A program made the translations under genes and the position numbers. Source: an uncultured Solibacteraceae bacterium (lineage in GTDB: Bacteria > Acidobacteriota > Terriglobia > Bryobacterales > Bryobacteraceae). From it: a DNA stretch of 64,000 nt. The notes beneath the pieces were generated by a model. That model did not search any database, was not told where the DNA came from, and saw only the letters and a program-made list of their open reading frames with translations. The DNA lies in NCBI GenBank assembly GCA_964644025.1, contig CAZXVW010000001.1, forward strand, positions 1,060-65,059, written 5' to 3'. Below are positions 48,710 through 59,900 of the stretch, piece after piece. Each line of letters begins with the position of its first letter. Positions within the stretch are counted from its first letter, which is position 1.

Positions 48710-49249
48710 TCACGATCCGGCCTTTTCGGCCATCCCGCGATACTTCCGCAGGAGTTCGAACAGCACCACGCCGGCGGCGGTGGCGACATTGAGCGACTGT
48801 TTCCGTCCCAGCATGGGAATGCGAACGTGTGTGTCACTGGTGTCCAGCAGCTCGGGCCGGATGCCGTCAACCTCGTGACCGAAGACGAGGCACACCGGAA
48901 AAGCCGGCTGCCAGTCGAACAGATCCACCGAATGGAGGCTGGTTTCCACCGCGGCGATTTCCCAACCGCGTTCACGGAGCTTGTCCACGAGGCGCAAAGG
49001 GTCAGCCTGGTATTCCCAGGGGACGGTTTCCTCGGCGCCCAGCGCCGTTTTGGAGATGGCGTCATTGGGCGGGTGTCCGGTGATGCCGGTCAGGTACAGC
49101 CGCTGGCTCCCGGCTCCGTCGGCGGTGCGGAACACCGAACCGACGTTGTAGAGGCTGCGAACATTGTCGAGCACGACACTGACCGGGACCGGCTTCAGCT
49201 TCTCGTAGCGCCTGGCGGCAGGGGTGACGAGGTATGGCAGGTGTTTCAT
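48710..49249 (-). CDS. SpoU/TrmH-family RNA 2'-O-methyltransferase
   Basis: ATG 49249. VVLDNVRSLYNVGSVFRTADGAG. LVFGHEVDGI. IPMLGRKQSLNVATAAGVVLFEL (SPOUT knot motifs). Confidence 0.85.
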   Translation of the reverse strand: MKHLPYLVTPAARRYEKLKPVPVSVVLDNVRSLYNVGSVFRTADGAGSQRLYLTGITGHPPNDAISKTALGAEETVPWEYQADPLRLVDKLRERGWEIAAVETSLHSVDLFDWQPAFPVCLVFGHEVDGIRPELLDTSDTHVRIPMLGRKQSLNVATAAGVVLFELLRKYRGMAEKAGS

Positions 49250-49253
49250 GGCT

Positions 49254-50039
49254 TCAGTCGGATACGTATACCGTGATCCGGGTAACGTGGCGGTAACCCA
49301 TACGCCGGTACAGCGCCTGGCCGGGGCGGGTGGCCTGCAGCACGCTCGGCTGCATACCAGCCGCGTGCTGCGCTTCGCCGATGGCGTGACGGGACAGGGC
49401 CTCGGCGATGCCGCGCCGCTGGTAGGCAGGCAATGTGGCGACGCTGTATAGCCCAATGGCCCCAGCGGCGGTCACCGTGGCGGCGGTGGCCACCGGTTGC
49501 CCCTCCAGGTATGCCGTATAGGCAATGAAATCCGTCTGCCATGTCTTCGCTGAGTTATAGATGGCGAGTGAGGTCTCAAAGGGGATCCCGAAACAAGCAC
49601 TGGTGATATGGCAAAACGCCATCCTTGTTTCGGCGTCGCTCACCCGCCGGCACTCGATGGGGGGCGCCTCGCGGCTGGCCGCCGGAATTTGCTCGGCCAG
49701 CATCCCGGCGCATTCGGTGGCGGCGCGCAGCCCGCGCCGGCGAAACACGGAGGCGGCACGGCGGCGGGGGCAAGCCTCCAGCAGATCCTCGCAGACCCAG
49801 TAGGACCAGTGCAGGCCGCGAGCCTCGTAGTAAACCTTGGCGATAGCGATCCGCCGGTCCAGGTCCACCAGGTCTTGGGGCGGACTGGTCAGGAAGGCGG
49901 TGTTGAAGACCGGCGTATCCACGCCGGCGTTGGCGATGAGCACACCGGGCATTTCGCGGACTTCGCTGGCCGGGGTGGCCTGGGCGAAGCACTGCATGGC
50001 GTGACGCATGTTCCGCTCGACTAGCTCAAACGCCTGCAC
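49254..50039 (-). CDS. GNAT-family N-acetyltransferase
   Basis: TLPAYQRRGIAEALSRHAIGEA (acetyl-CoA binding Q/RxxGxA motif). Stop lies 4 nt upstream of the trmH-like start. Confidence 0.7.
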   Translation of the reverse strand: MQAFELVERNMRHAMQCFAQATPASEVREMPGVLIANAGVDTPVFNTAFLTSPPQDLVDLDRRIAIAKVYYEARGLHWSYWVCEDLLEACPRRRAASVFRRRGLRAATECAGMLAEQIPAASREAPPIECRRVSDAETRMAFCHITSACFGIPFETSLAIYNSAKTWQTDFIAYTAYLEGQPVATAATVTAAGAIGLYSVATLPAYQRRGIAEALSRHAIGEAQHAAGMQPSVLQATRPGQALYRRMGYRHVTRITVYVSD

Positions 50040-50098
50040 AGCGCCAATTATAAACCCGGCGACAGAGCACTGCGTCCCCGGTTTCTTCTCACCCGGCT

Positions 50099-51952
50099 TT
50101 ACTGGCGTAACGGAGCGCCCTGGCTTCGGGTTTTGAACAGGGTGCGGACGCCGGCGCCGTGGCTTCCGGCCTGGTAATAAGGCACGAGGACCACACTCGT
50201 TCCCTTCAGCCGGTAGGCGCAGGTCATCGGATCGGAACCAGCATCGCGGACCGGCTCCAGCAGGGACGTCGCGTCTTTGTCAGCCGGGCCAGCGGAGATG
50301 ACGGGTGGGGAAGCCTTGGGGTCCGTCACGTCCTGCGCGAGAACCAGCGGCCCGCGGGTGAAAGCCACCCAGTTTTCGGAATTGCGGCCTGCGTGGAAAT
50401 GCGCTTTCAGAGCGAAGGCGAACTTGACGCGAACCGTCTCGCCCGGTTTCCAAGTCCGCTCCAGGCGGTAGAAGCCAGTGGCCGTCTTCACGAGAGATTG
50501 GGGTTCGCCGTCAATGGTGACCGCCAGGGCGGTAGTGTCCTCGGGCAAACGGAAATCGACCGCCAGCCGCACCGGGCGCGCCAGGCCGAGTTTCAGCGTC
50601 ACCTGGTCGTCAAACGGGTAGTTGCCTTCGATCGTAAGGCGTTCCACGCCGGGCCAGCGGCCTGTAAGGCTCGCCTGCATTGGTAGGTAGCTGTTCACGA
50701 CCAGCGCATCGCCGGCCCGGCCCAGCAAATGGCGCGCGTACATTTCCAGCGCCCGCGGACCGCTGGAAGCACAGCAACTGATCCGGTCTTCGTATTTGCG
50801 CCGCGGACAATTCGCCGGGGTGAAGTAGGCCCAGTCATTGCCATTCGGCGCCTGCGCCCCGAACAGGTGGTTGAGCACCGCGCGCTCGGCCGCATTTCCG
50901 TAACGGGCTTCGCCGGTGATGCGCAGCAGTTCCAGGCAAAGCTGAATCCAGGTGACGGTGGAGCAGTTCTCGACCACGTGGGCCGGGTCGAAGAATTCCG
51001 GCGGCGCGAAGCACTCCCGGTTCTTGTTCGGGGCGGATTTGTAACTCCACGGGCCGCCGGTCACGTAGGTGTGGTAGGCGCGGATGTTTTCCCAGCCCTT
51101 CTGGCAGGCATTTCCGTACAGAGGTTCCCGCGTCGCACGGTACAACTCCCCGTAACCCAGCAGCACCGCCATGAGCTGATAGGCTTTCCCGTCACCTGGT
51201 CCTTCGACGTCGCCGCCGGAACTCAGCACACTGGCCACGCGGAGGCGGGGATTCCTCTCCATGCATTGGTGAATGTAGATGGCGAAGTCGAGAAACCGCG
51301 GCTCGTGGGTCCGCTCATAAAGCATCATGATGGACTCCAGCAGCGTGGCTGAAGAGATGCCCTCGCGCGTTCCAATTGCGGTCAGGTCTTGCCGGCCGGG
51401 CCCCAGGGCGGACATCAGCAGATCGCCGATGGCTTCACAAGCCCGGACGACGGCCGGGTTCGGATGGAAACGCTCGTAAGTGAGCAGCCCGTAGAGCACG
51501 TATCGGTGGGTCCAGATGTCCCAGGAGGTCTGATTCACTCCGCCAGGCTCATAGAAGCGCTTCCCGGGGGCGTAGGTTCCCAGGTAGCCGTTGGTTTCCT
51601 GAGCGGCCAGCAGCCGGTGGACCACGCCGGTGAGGGCCGCGAGCAGCTTCGGATCGTGGGTGGCCTCATAAGCCAGTGTCGCGGCGTGGAGCCACTTGCC
51701 CACGTGTTCGCCTTGCCAGGCGTGCTGGCCGGGCCGGGACTCGAATCCTTTGAGCAGAAACGGATCGTTGACCACCCGCCAGAGACGATGCTCGCGCCAG
51801 AGCTGGAGCCGCTGCCCGAGGATGCCTCCTACCTTCACGTCTGGGATCTGTTGCCAGGCGTCCGGCTTTGCGACCGACGGCCGGGGAGCGCGGCACCCGG
51901 CCGCCAGCAGGCCCAGGCCAACCAGAACCGCCAAAGGTTTCAGCGCCTTCAT
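50099..51952 (-). CDS. GH127-like (DUF1680, beta-L-arabinofuranosidase family) protein, lipoprotein leader
   Basis: MKALKPLAVLVGLGLLAAGC lipobox. WQGEHVGKWLHAATLAYEATHDPKL and the downstream (alpha/alpha)6-like pattern, as in DUF1680 proteins. Confidence 0.6.
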   Translation of the reverse strand: MKALKPLAVLVGLGLLAAGCRAPRPSVAKPDAWQQIPDVKVGGILGQRLQLWREHRLWRVVNDPFLLKGFESRPGQHAWQGEHVGKWLHAATLAYEATHDPKLLAALTGVVHRLLAAQETNGYLGTYAPGKRFYEPGGVNQTSWDIWTHRYVLYGLLTYERFHPNPAVVRACEAIGDLLMSALGPGRQDLTAIGTREGISSATLLESIMMLYERTHEPRFLDFAIYIHQCMERNPRLRVASVLSSGGDVEGPGDGKAYQLMAVLLGYGELYRATREPLYGNACQKGWENIRAYHTYVTGGPWSYKSAPNKNRECFAPPEFFDPAHVVENCSTVTWIQLCLELLRITGEARYGNAAERAVLNHLFGAQAPNGNDWAYFTPANCPRRKYEDRISCCASSGPRALEMYARHLLGRAGDALVVNSYLPMQASLTGRWPGVERLTIEGNYPFDDQVTLKLGLARPVRLAVDFRLPEDTTALAVTIDGEPQSLVKTATGFYRLERTWKPGETVRVKFAFALKAHFHAGRNSENWVAFTRGPLVLAQDVTDPKASPPVISAGPADKDATSLLEPVRDAGSDPMTCAYRLKGTSVVLVPYYQAGSHGAGVRTLFKTRSQGAPLRQ

Positions 51953-52076
51953 GCTCTCTCCTTCCCGCTTCCTTCAACAGCAGCCGCCGTGGCAGAAGGC
52001 CCGGACGGTGAAGCAGCTATCGTCATGCCTGAAGTAAGTCAAAACCGGCTCAGCAGCCGATGCCCGCTGCTGTCTG

Positions 52077-52424
52077 TCAACCGAGCCCCTGGCAAGCCGC
52101 CTCCACATCGTCGGCAAATTCGAACACGGTGTCGAGCCGCGTCACGCGGAAACCCTCGCGGACCACGCCGCTGGCAGCGGCCACACGCAGCTTTCCACCG
52201 GCTTGCATCACCTTGTTGAGGCACGAAATGAACCGCCCGATCCCGGTGCTGTCGAGATGCCGGACGCCGGCGAGATCGAAGACGAAGTTCTTCCGGCCCT
52301 TCTGGATGAATTCGCCGACGAGCGTCTCAATCTTTTCGCTCTCCGGGCCGAGCATCACCCGGCCCGAAATCGTGATCACAATGACACCGTGATCCGTCTC
52401 CCGGTGACTCATTCGCATCTGCAT
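52077..52424 (-). CDS. STAS-domain anti-sigma-factor antagonist
   Basis: VIVITISGRVMLGPESEKIETLV, FVFDLAGVRHLDSTGIGRFIS (phosphorylatable Ser in DST). Start is among ATGs 52424/52418/52412, after the thuA-like stop at 52436. Confidence 0.8.
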   Translation of the reverse strand: MQMRMSHRETDHGVIVITISGRVMLGPESEKIETLVGEFIQKGRKNFVFDLAGVRHLDSTGIGRFISCLNKVMQAGGKLRVAAASGVVREGFRVTRLDTVFEFADDVEAACQGLG

Positions 52425-52435
52425 CCGTTGTCCGG

Positions 52436-53305
52436 TCACTTCCTGAGGCTCACCTGCATTGTACTGGGGAAATCGGCCGGCACCTTCTGCTTTACCTTTC
52501 CTGTCGCCGCCCATTCGGTTCCTCTCTGGAGCGTCGTGATGAAGCCGACACACCGCATCGCCGCTGTGTCATGGCCCAGCGTGGTGTGAAAGATTCTTCC
52601 TTTACCATAGCGGACCGTGAACAGGATCGGTTCATCCTTACCGGTGCCCCCGGTGGCGGGATCCGAATAGGCCGTGGCGAGAATCTCCATGTTCCGGGCC
52701 GGTCCCCGCAAGCTGTCGTAGAGCTCGTCGGTGGCGTGCATCCAGGCCCGCGGCAACCCGGCCATGACCGGATGTTTCCGGTTCCGCGTCACGATCAGGA
52801 ACGGATGCCGTTTCCCGTGATGGCCGGCCTTACCGGGCCCGTAGTCGAACTGGAGCCGGTTGTCGGCGAAGAAAACCCGGGGCCCGGCCGTTTCGGTGCG
52901 GCCCCTCCAGCCGCCGAGCGCGATCATTTCGTTGTACGCCTTCCACTCCGGGAAAGCGTTGTCGGCCGCGTGATAGACGACGAAGCCGCCGCCCGAACGG
53001 ACGTAGTTTTCAAAAGCCGCGCGCGTCGATTGCGGCCACGGGTCCCCGTTGTAGTTGGAGAGCACGACGTCGAAGGCGGAGAAGCGGGGATGGAAGCCGC
53101 TCATGTCTTCGCCCTTGGGCGGGGAAGTGGCTACCGCGACGCTGAACCGGCCGGTTTCCTCGAGAAGTTGCTTGAGCACGGGGGTGGTCTCCCGCCAGCG
53201 ATGATTATTCTGGCCGTCCACGATGAGGACGCGAATCGGCTGGGCCGGCAGTGCTGCAAGGCTGGTGAAACAGAATCCGAGCCCGAGAATCCAGGGAATA
53301 CGCAT
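52436..53305 (-). CDS. ThuA-domain protein, secreted
   Basis: ATG 53305 gives MRIPWILGLGFCFTSLAALPAQP. IRVLIVDGQNNHRW, GGGFVVYHAADNAF, RIFHTTLGHD. Confidence 0.8.
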   Translation of the reverse strand: MRIPWILGLGFCFTSLAALPAQPIRVLIVDGQNNHRWRETTPVLKQLLEETGRFSVAVATSPPKGEDMSGFHPRFSAFDVVLSNYNGDPWPQSTRAAFENYVRSGGGFVVYHAADNAFPEWKAYNEMIALGGWRGRTETAGPRVFFADNRLQFDYGPGKAGHHGKRHPFLIVTRNRKHPVMAGLPRAWMHATDELYDSLRGPARNMEILATAYSDPATGGTGKDEPILFTVRYGKGRIFHTTLGHDTAAMRCVGFITTLQRGTEWAATGKVKQKVPADFPSTMQVSLRK

Positions 53306-53471
53306 TGTCATTGCTCCGCGCGCAAAAAGCGCGATCAACGCTCATAATAGCCCTTTGACCAGCGCTCATCAACAGCGCGCATCATCTCCTCGTTCCGGGT
53401 GATGGCCGGAAACCGGTAACATGTTAGGTTGGTGTCGCGGTGACCGACGCCCGCGACATCCCGGAGGGACC

Positions 53472-54311
53472 ATGTATGTTTCGTTGAACAGGGCCCTGGT
53501 GGCCGGCGGCAAACTGAGCTGGGAGGAGTTCGCCCGGCTGGCCGCGAAAACGGGGTATCCCGGGGTTGACGTCGCCCTCGCCAGCGCCATGCGGGAGGGC
53601 GCGGCCGCGACGCGGTCACTGCTGGCCGGCCTGAGATTGAGGCCGGCCGTGATCGGGCTGCCCGTCGACACCCGGAAGGACGAGGCGACGTTCCAGGGAG
53701 GGCTGAAACGCCTGCCCGTGGCCGCCCGTTTTGCGGCCGCGATCGGCTGCCCGCGGATGACCACCTGGGTGATGGCGTCGAGTGAACGGCCGAAAGCCGA
53801 GCAGCGGCAGATACTCAAAGACCGCTTCACCGCCTGCGCCGAGATCCTCGGGAAACACAAGGTGCGACTTGGCCTGGAGTTCCTTGGCCCGCTTCACCTG
53901 CGCAAACGCTTTCCCTACGAATTCATTTACCGCATGGACGAGATGCTCGCCTTCGCCCGGGAATGCGGGCCGAATGTGGGGTTGCTGCTCGATAGCTGGC
54001 ACTGGTACCATGCCGGGGCCACGGTGGAAGACATCCTGAAGGCCGGCCAGAACGGCATCGTGCATGTCCACGTATCCGACGCGCCCGCCGGTGTGCCTCC
54101 CGAGAAGGTCCGCGATAACGAGCGCTTGATGCCCGGCGAAGGCGCGATCCGCTGGAATGCTTTCTTCGGCGCGCTGAAGCGGATCGGTTATGAGGACGGC
54201 GTCAGCCCCGAGGTTCTCGGCCGGGGTTTGAAAACGTTGCGGCCGGAGGACGGCGCCCGGCTCGGCTATAGTTACACGACCGACGTGATGCGCAAGGCGG
54301 GCGTACTGTAA
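53472..54311 (+). CDS. Xylose-isomerase-like TIM-barrel protein (sugar phosphate isomerase/epimerase family)
   Basis: ATG 53472 after GGAGGG. GLEFLGP, LLDSWHWYHAG, VHVHVSDAP. Confidence 0.75.
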   Translation: MYVSLNRALVAGGKLSWEEFARLAAKTGYPGVDVALASAMREGAAATRSLLAGLRLRPAVIGLPVDTRKDEATFQGGLKRLPVAARFAAAIGCPRMTTWVMASSERPKAEQRQILKDRFTACAEILGKHKVRLGLEFLGPLHLRKRFPYEFIYRMDEMLAFARECGPNVGLLLDSWHWYHAGATVEDILKAGQNGIVHVHVSDAPAGVPPEKVRDNERLMPGEGAIRWNAFFGALKRIGYEDGVSPEVLGRGLKTLRPEDGARLGYSYTTDVMRKAGVL

Positions 54312-54342
54312 TGAGGCGCCCCGCTGGGCCGCGCCGTTTGAA

Positions 54343-55248
54343 GTGATGCTGGAGAATCTCCCAACCGAACAGGTAAACCCCGCCTCGGAGGACATCGATG
54401 CCTGGCCGGTGACCGAGATCTTGCGGCTGATCAATGCCGAGGACCAGAAGGTGCCCGCTGTCGTGGCCGCCGAGATTCCCCGTATCGCGGAGGCCGTGGA
54501 GGTCATCACCGAGCGGATCCGCTCCGGCGGCCGCCTGTTCTACATCGGCGCGGGGACGAGCGGCCGGCTTGGGGTACTGGATGCGGCCGAGTGCCCGCCG
54601 ACCTTCCAGGTTCCCCCGGAGCTGGTGCAGGGGATCATCGCCGGGGGCGAGGCGGCGCTGGCGCGCGCCACCGAGAGCTCGGAGGACGATCCGGCGAGCG
54701 GCGCCGCAGACCTTCAGCAGCGGGGATTCAGCGGACGGGACGTACTGGTGGGCATCACCACCAGCGGACGCACCCCTTACGTGCTGGGAGCCGTCGAAGC
54801 GGCCCGAAAGCTCGGAGCCTTCACCGTCGGGATCAGCGCCAACCCGGGTTCGGAACTGTCTCGCCGGGTGGACATCGCGATTACGCCGGTCACCGGGCCG
54901 GAGATCATCGCCGGCTCGACGCGGATGAAAGCCGGGACGGCCACCAAACTCGTATTGAATATGATCAGCACGGCGGTGATGATTGGGCTCGGGCATGTGT
55001 ACGGCAACCTGATGGTGAACGTCCGGCCGGTGAACTCGAAGTTAGCGGACCGCGCACGGCGGATCGTGGCCGCTGCCGGCCGGGTGGAGGCGGAGAAGGC
55101 GCGGCGGCTGTTGGAGGAGGCCGGCGGCGACGTGAAGGCGGCCATCGTGATGGCACGCGCGGGCGTGACCCGCGTCGAGGCGTTGCGGTGGCTGGAGCAG
55201 GCCGGCGGGCGGCTTTCCGAAGCGCTCAAGGGCATCCGTCATGGATAA
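54343..55248 (+). CDS. murQ: N-acetylmuramic acid 6-phosphate etherase
   Basis: [66 protein letters not shown] (SIS domain). Confidence 0.9.
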   Translation: MMLENLPTEQVNPASEDIDAWPVTEILRLINAEDQKVPAVVAAEIPRIAEAVEVITERIRSGGRLFYIGAGTSGRLGVLDAAECPPTFQVPPELVQGIIAGGEAALARATESSEDDPASGAADLQQRGFSGRDVLVGITTSGRTPYVLGAVEAARKLGAFTVGISANPGSELSRRVDIAITPVTGPEIIAGSTRMKAGTATKLVLNMISTAVMIGLGHVYGNLMVNVRPVNSKLADRARRIVAAAGRVEAEKARRLLEEAGGDVKAAIVMARAGVTRVEALRWLEQAGGRLSEALKGIRHG

Positions 55249-56506
55249 GTTTCTCATTCAAGGGGGGGTTCCTCTCCAGGGCCAAGTCACCGTCAGCGGG
55301 GCGAAGAATTCAGCCCTCCCGTGTCTGGCCGCCTGCTTGCTGAGCTCCGAGCCGGTACGGCTCTTCCGCCTGCCCCGGGTCCGGGATGTGCGGACGATGG
55401 AGAAGCTCCTCCTGCATGAGGGCGCGGAGGTGGACACAGCTACCGACGGAACCGTGACCGTGACGGCGCGCCAGGTTGTCACCCCGGAGGCACCTTATGA
55501 GATCGTCAAAACGATGCGCGCCTCGAGCCTGGTGCTGGGACCGCTGGTGGCGCGGGTGGGGCGGGCGAGGGTCTCCCTTCCCGGCGGGTGCGCCATCGGC
55601 GCGCGCCCCATCAACCTGCACGTCAGCGGGTTGGAGCAGCTCGGCGCACGGATCCGGCAACGCCACGGGTACATGGAGGCGGAGGCCCCGCGGGGGCTGC
55701 GGGGCGCGTTCGTCCATTTCGACCGGATCACGGTGACCGGTACCGAGGACCTGCTCATGGCGGCGACGCTGGCCGAGGGGGAAACCGTACTGGAAAACGC
55801 GGCCCGCGAACCCGAGGTCGTGGACCTGGCCGGGCTGCTGACGAAGATGGGAGCGAAGATCCAGGGTGCCGGTACATCCACGATCCGCGTCGAGGGCGTC
55901 AGCCGCCTGCACGGCGCCGAACACACGATTATCCCGGACCGCATCGAGGCCGGCACATTCTTGCTGGCCGGAGCGATCACCCGCGGAGAGCTGGTGGTGG
56001 CCGGCTGCGTGCCCGAGCACATCGCGGCGCTGGCCGCCAAACTCCGCCAGGCCGGCGTCGAGATCAGCCAGCCTGCCCCGGATGCATTGCGGGTGCAGCC
56101 GGCCCCGAGGCTCCGCTCGGTGGACATGGCGACCGAAGAATACCCCGGCTTCGCTACCGACTTGCAGGCGCAGTACATGGCCCTGATGACGCAGGCCGAG
56201 GGCATCAGCCTCATCACCGAGACGATTTTCGAAAACCGCTTCATGCACGCGCTGGAGCTGGGACGCATGGGGGCGAACATTCGCGTGGAGGGGCGGCAGG
56301 CGATTGTGGCCGGCCCGCGGGCGCTCAGCGGTGCGGCGGTGATCGCCTCCGACCTGCGGGCCAGCGCCTCGCTGGTGCTGGCGGCGCTGGTAGCCGGTGG
56401 CGAGACGCTGATTGATCGCGTCTATCACATTGACCGGGGTTACGAAAAGATCGAGGAGAAGTTGCAGCAGCTCGGGGCCAGAATCCGCCGGGTGACGGGT
56501 GGGTGA
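55241..56506 (+). CDS. murA: UDP-N-acetylglucosamine 1-carboxyvinyltransferase
   Basis: [41 protein letters not shown] (active-site Cys), [11 protein letters not shown]. Start overlaps the murQ stop by 8 nt. Confidence 0.95.
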   Translation: MDKFLIQGGVPLQGQVTVSGAKNSALPCLAACLLSSEPVRLFRLPRVRDVRTMEKLLLHEGAEVDTATDGTVTVTARQVVTPEAPYEIVKTMRASSLVLGPLVARVGRARVSLPGGCAIGARPINLHVSGLEQLGARIRQRHGYMEAEAPRGLRGAFVHFDRITVTGTEDLLMAATLAEGETVLENAAREPEVVDLAGLLTKMGAKIQGAGTSTIRVEGVSRLHGAEHTIIPDRIEAGTFLLAGAITRGELVVAGCVPEHIAALAAKLRQAGVEISQPAPDALRVQPAPRLRSVDMATEEYPGFATDLQAQYMALMTQAEGISLITETIFENRFMHALELGRMGANIRVEGRQAIVAGPRALSGAAVIASDLRASASLVLAALVAGGETLIDRVYHIDRGYEKIEEKLQQLGARIRRVTGG

Positions 56507-56532
56507 GACCCCGGCCGGGAACTCGAGCGGGC

Positions 56533-56844
56533 TCACCGGAGCAGAGAAGCCGTCGAGGCGTACAGCACGTACAACAATACCAGGAAGTCAATAAACCGGA
56601 TGATCTTCAGGAAAACGCCGCCCATGAACTCAAACCGCAGCAGGAGAGCGCACACAACCCCCCCATACACCCAGGCCGAGTCGAGCACGCCCGGGTAATT
56701 CCAACTATAGGTGACCACGCCGAAGTAGTACAGCAAAGGCCAATTACTTTCGATCATGCCGCGGTAGCGCGCCACCAGCATCCACACGGTCAGGGCGGCC
56801 ACGATGGCGGTGGTGACGTCGGCAAAGTTGGGCCCTGCGCTCAT
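56533..56844 (-). CDS. Small hypothetical membrane protein
   Basis: Three or four hydrophobic segments. No family recognised. Confidence 0.5.
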   Translation of the reverse strand: MSAGPNFADVTTAIVAALTVWMLVARYRGMIESNWPLLYYFGVVTYSWNYPGVLDSAWVYGGVVCALLLRFEFMGGVFLKIIRFIDFLVLLYVLYASTASLLR

Positions 56845-56931
56845 GCTTCAACAAGACGATACCATGGCGGGCCCACCGCCGGGGACCGGCCGGCCCGGCG
56901 ACAATCCGGAGGGCCGCTGGAGAAAGCGGAA

Positions 56932-56968
56932 CCCCGCACCGGATCATCGGCCAGCCATTGGTGCGGGG
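56932..56968 (-). terminator. Hairpin downstream of the 1008-aa gene
   Basis: ccccgcacc 56932..56940 pairs with ggtgcgggg 56960..56968 (9 bp, 19-nt loop). On the minus strand it is followed by the pyrimidine-rich uuccgcuuucucc. Confidence 0.35.
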
Positions 56969-56983
56969 TCCCCGCTCGGATTT

Positions 56984-59900
56984 CTAGTCGTCTACTTTCA
57001 CCATGACCGTGGTGGAGGCCGCTCCCTGGTCAATGACCAGCGGGAGGGCGTCGCCGTGAGGCACCCACCACGGCACGAAGGCGTTGATCTGGTACACGCC
57101 GACCTGGCCGGGCGCCAGTCCGGCGTAGCTGACCGGCAGTCCCACTCCCGCCAGGTGCAGATCCGGTGGGACCAGGGTGGTTGCCGGCGGATCAGCAGGA
57201 GAAGGCACGCCGGCGTCGATGGCCGGGTTCGTCCGGCCCATCCCGGTAAGGTAAATCACGATATGGTCCTCGGGCCGGATGGGGTTGGATGGAGTTACCA
57301 TCCGCCCGTCCCCGTAACGGACGATCGTGGGCACCGGCGCGCTGGCGCCGCTGGCGGCCCGCTGGAACACGCTGGGCGCGGTGGGCAGAATCGTCAGGTT
57401 GTAGTTGTCGCTGACGCCGCCCGGGGTGTGAAGAACCAGCGTCACGTTGCCCTCCACCTCGAAGGGCAACTGGGCGTTGATCTGCTGCGGGGAGACGAAC
57501 AGCACCGGAGTCGGCACGCCGTTCACCGTGAGGCAACTTTCCCCGAGAGCCGTCGGCAGCGGGATCTGGCTGCTGGCCTGGTTGACCGGGCTGAGGTCCC
57601 AGCCAAAAATGCTGACCAGGCCTCCCGGGGCGACCGGTTCGGTGTAGTCGGCCGCGTTCACCACGGCGCCGATCTTCGGCGGCGCCACCGAGGCATCGTA
57701 ATCCCACGGCAGCACGGTGAACCCGGAAGTGGTGAGGCTGATGATGAGCTGCCGGGAATAGAGCGGAGCCAGTGTCCGGGTGAACGGATAGGCTGTCGTG
57801 CCAAGCAGCGGGGCCTCGGCCATGCGCGTGGCACGAACTCCGCCCCCGGTCTGGATGTCCACCCGTTGAATCACGCCGGGATCTTCCGCCGACGGGGCGG
57901 TGGTCCGGAAGCCGAACTGGTCCACGAAGGCGAAGCCGGAGGTTTCTCCGGTGCCGGTTTCCATCATGCTGGTGGTGACCAGCGAAGCGTTCAGCAACCG
58001 GTCTCCGACCACGTACTGACCGAAGCTGGAGGCAGCGTAAGCGCCCTTCAGTTCCTCGGCATCCTTCCGGGAGACGGTAAACGTGTCCGCGTTGGCGTCG
58101 TACAGCATGACGTTTCCGTCGGCTTCGGCCACCAGGATCGAGGAGCCATTCGGCGAGGCGACCAGCACGGTGGCTTCATTGATGTCATTCTCGTAGACGC
58201 CGAGGCTGGGCAACTCGGTTGCGGTCCGGGTGGTCATATCCACCCGGTCGATCTTGTGGATCGGCCCGGCGACCCGGTTCGCCGTCAGAATGGCGTTGCC
58301 CGAGGCGGCCACCGAGCGCGGATAGTGCCCCGCAGGGGTGCGGATCGGGATCGAAGGCTGCAGCGTTTCCAGGTCGTAGACGGCGAGAAACTGCGAGTCG
58401 TTATGTCCCACCAGCAGCCACCGGCGGTCGAAAGTGATGGCCATCTGCGTCGGCGTATTGCCGGTCGGCAGGACCGCAATCTGGTTGTAGGTTTGGCCGT
58501 CGAACACCAGCACCTCGTTGGTGTCCTGGCGCAGGATATAGAACCGGTCCCGCACCGGGTCGGGCAGAATGTCGACCAGCTTGCCGGGCACATTAACGAT
58601 CGTGCCGCGCTGATCCGGTTCGGGCGTGCTGGCCAGAACGCGAATGGGTGGCGGCACGTTCACCGCGGTGCTGGAATGGATCACGATGGGCACCACCGCC
58701 GTCCCGTCGCGGTTCTGGAAGGCTGACGGATCCACCCGCACGGTGACCGTCGCCGGCGTCATTCCGGTGGGTGGGGTGACCTGGACACCGCTGCCCTGCA
58801 CCTCGAGCGAGAAATCGGTATTGCCGCCGCTGGGATCGTAGATGGTGACTTGCTTGCTCATCACCGTCCGCTCGCAGAAGTTGGCCTGGAACAGCAGGTC
58901 CTTCACATTGGCCGTGACTTGCGGCACACTGGCCAACTGGCCGATCGGCAAGACGGTAACGCCGCTGTCCGAGATTGAATACATCGTCGAGTAATCGGAA
59001 CTGAGCAGGCTCTTGCCCGCCAGGTTCTCGGGCAACTGGATCTGATTGAGCACGGCCAGATTGTCGGCGTTCAGGATCTTGAGGATCGGCGGCTGCGGCG
59101 CGCCTTCCTGTTGCCCCTCGGTCTGGCTCTGTTGCGCGATCTGGGCATAGATCAGGCCCCGGGAATCATCGATGGCATGGCTGCCGACCTGCAGCAACCC
59201 CTCCGCATCGGGAAACTGGGCCAGGTTCCAGACACCGGTCGCCTTGTCCCAAATGGCCGCCCCGTGCAGGACCCAACCGGCCAGGTACCGCGACCCGTCC
59301 TGATTCACGCTCACCACCCGTGGCCCCTGCGGGGGCTCGGAGGTGTAGTTGAGAATCCGGAGCCAGCCCGAGGTGATATCGTAGCCGAATTCGAACGTGT
59401 CGGTGAGGCCGTAGATCTTGGTCCCATCCCCGGACACGTTCAGGGAAGTAGTAATGATATTCGGCGGAAAGTTGGCCGGCGGGACCGGCAAACTGGTGGC
59501 GGCGAGTTCCTCGATGGTGCTCAGCACGCGGGATGTGCCGGAAACCGGATCGAACAAGGAGAAGTCCGTGGTGGTGACCACGAGCGCCTGGCTGCTTCGG
59601 CCGAAGGCGACGCCGAGAGCGGGCGCGCCCAGGGCGAAGGTCTGCTTGCCCCTGGTTTCCAGGTCGATCACGGTGAGCGCGTTGCTCGCCGTGGCCGGAG
59701 GCTCAAAGTTTCCAAAGTGCGTCACCACCAGATAACGTCCATCGGGTGAGAGCGCGATGGAACTGGGCAGCGGAGCTACGTTCATCGAGGTCTGAATTGA
59801 ATAATCCCCGAGCGACATGACGTCGATGCGGTTCGCCGTGAAGTTGGCGATATAGAGAACTCCTCGCGCTTCGTCCAGCGCTATGTCGGATGCGTGTCCT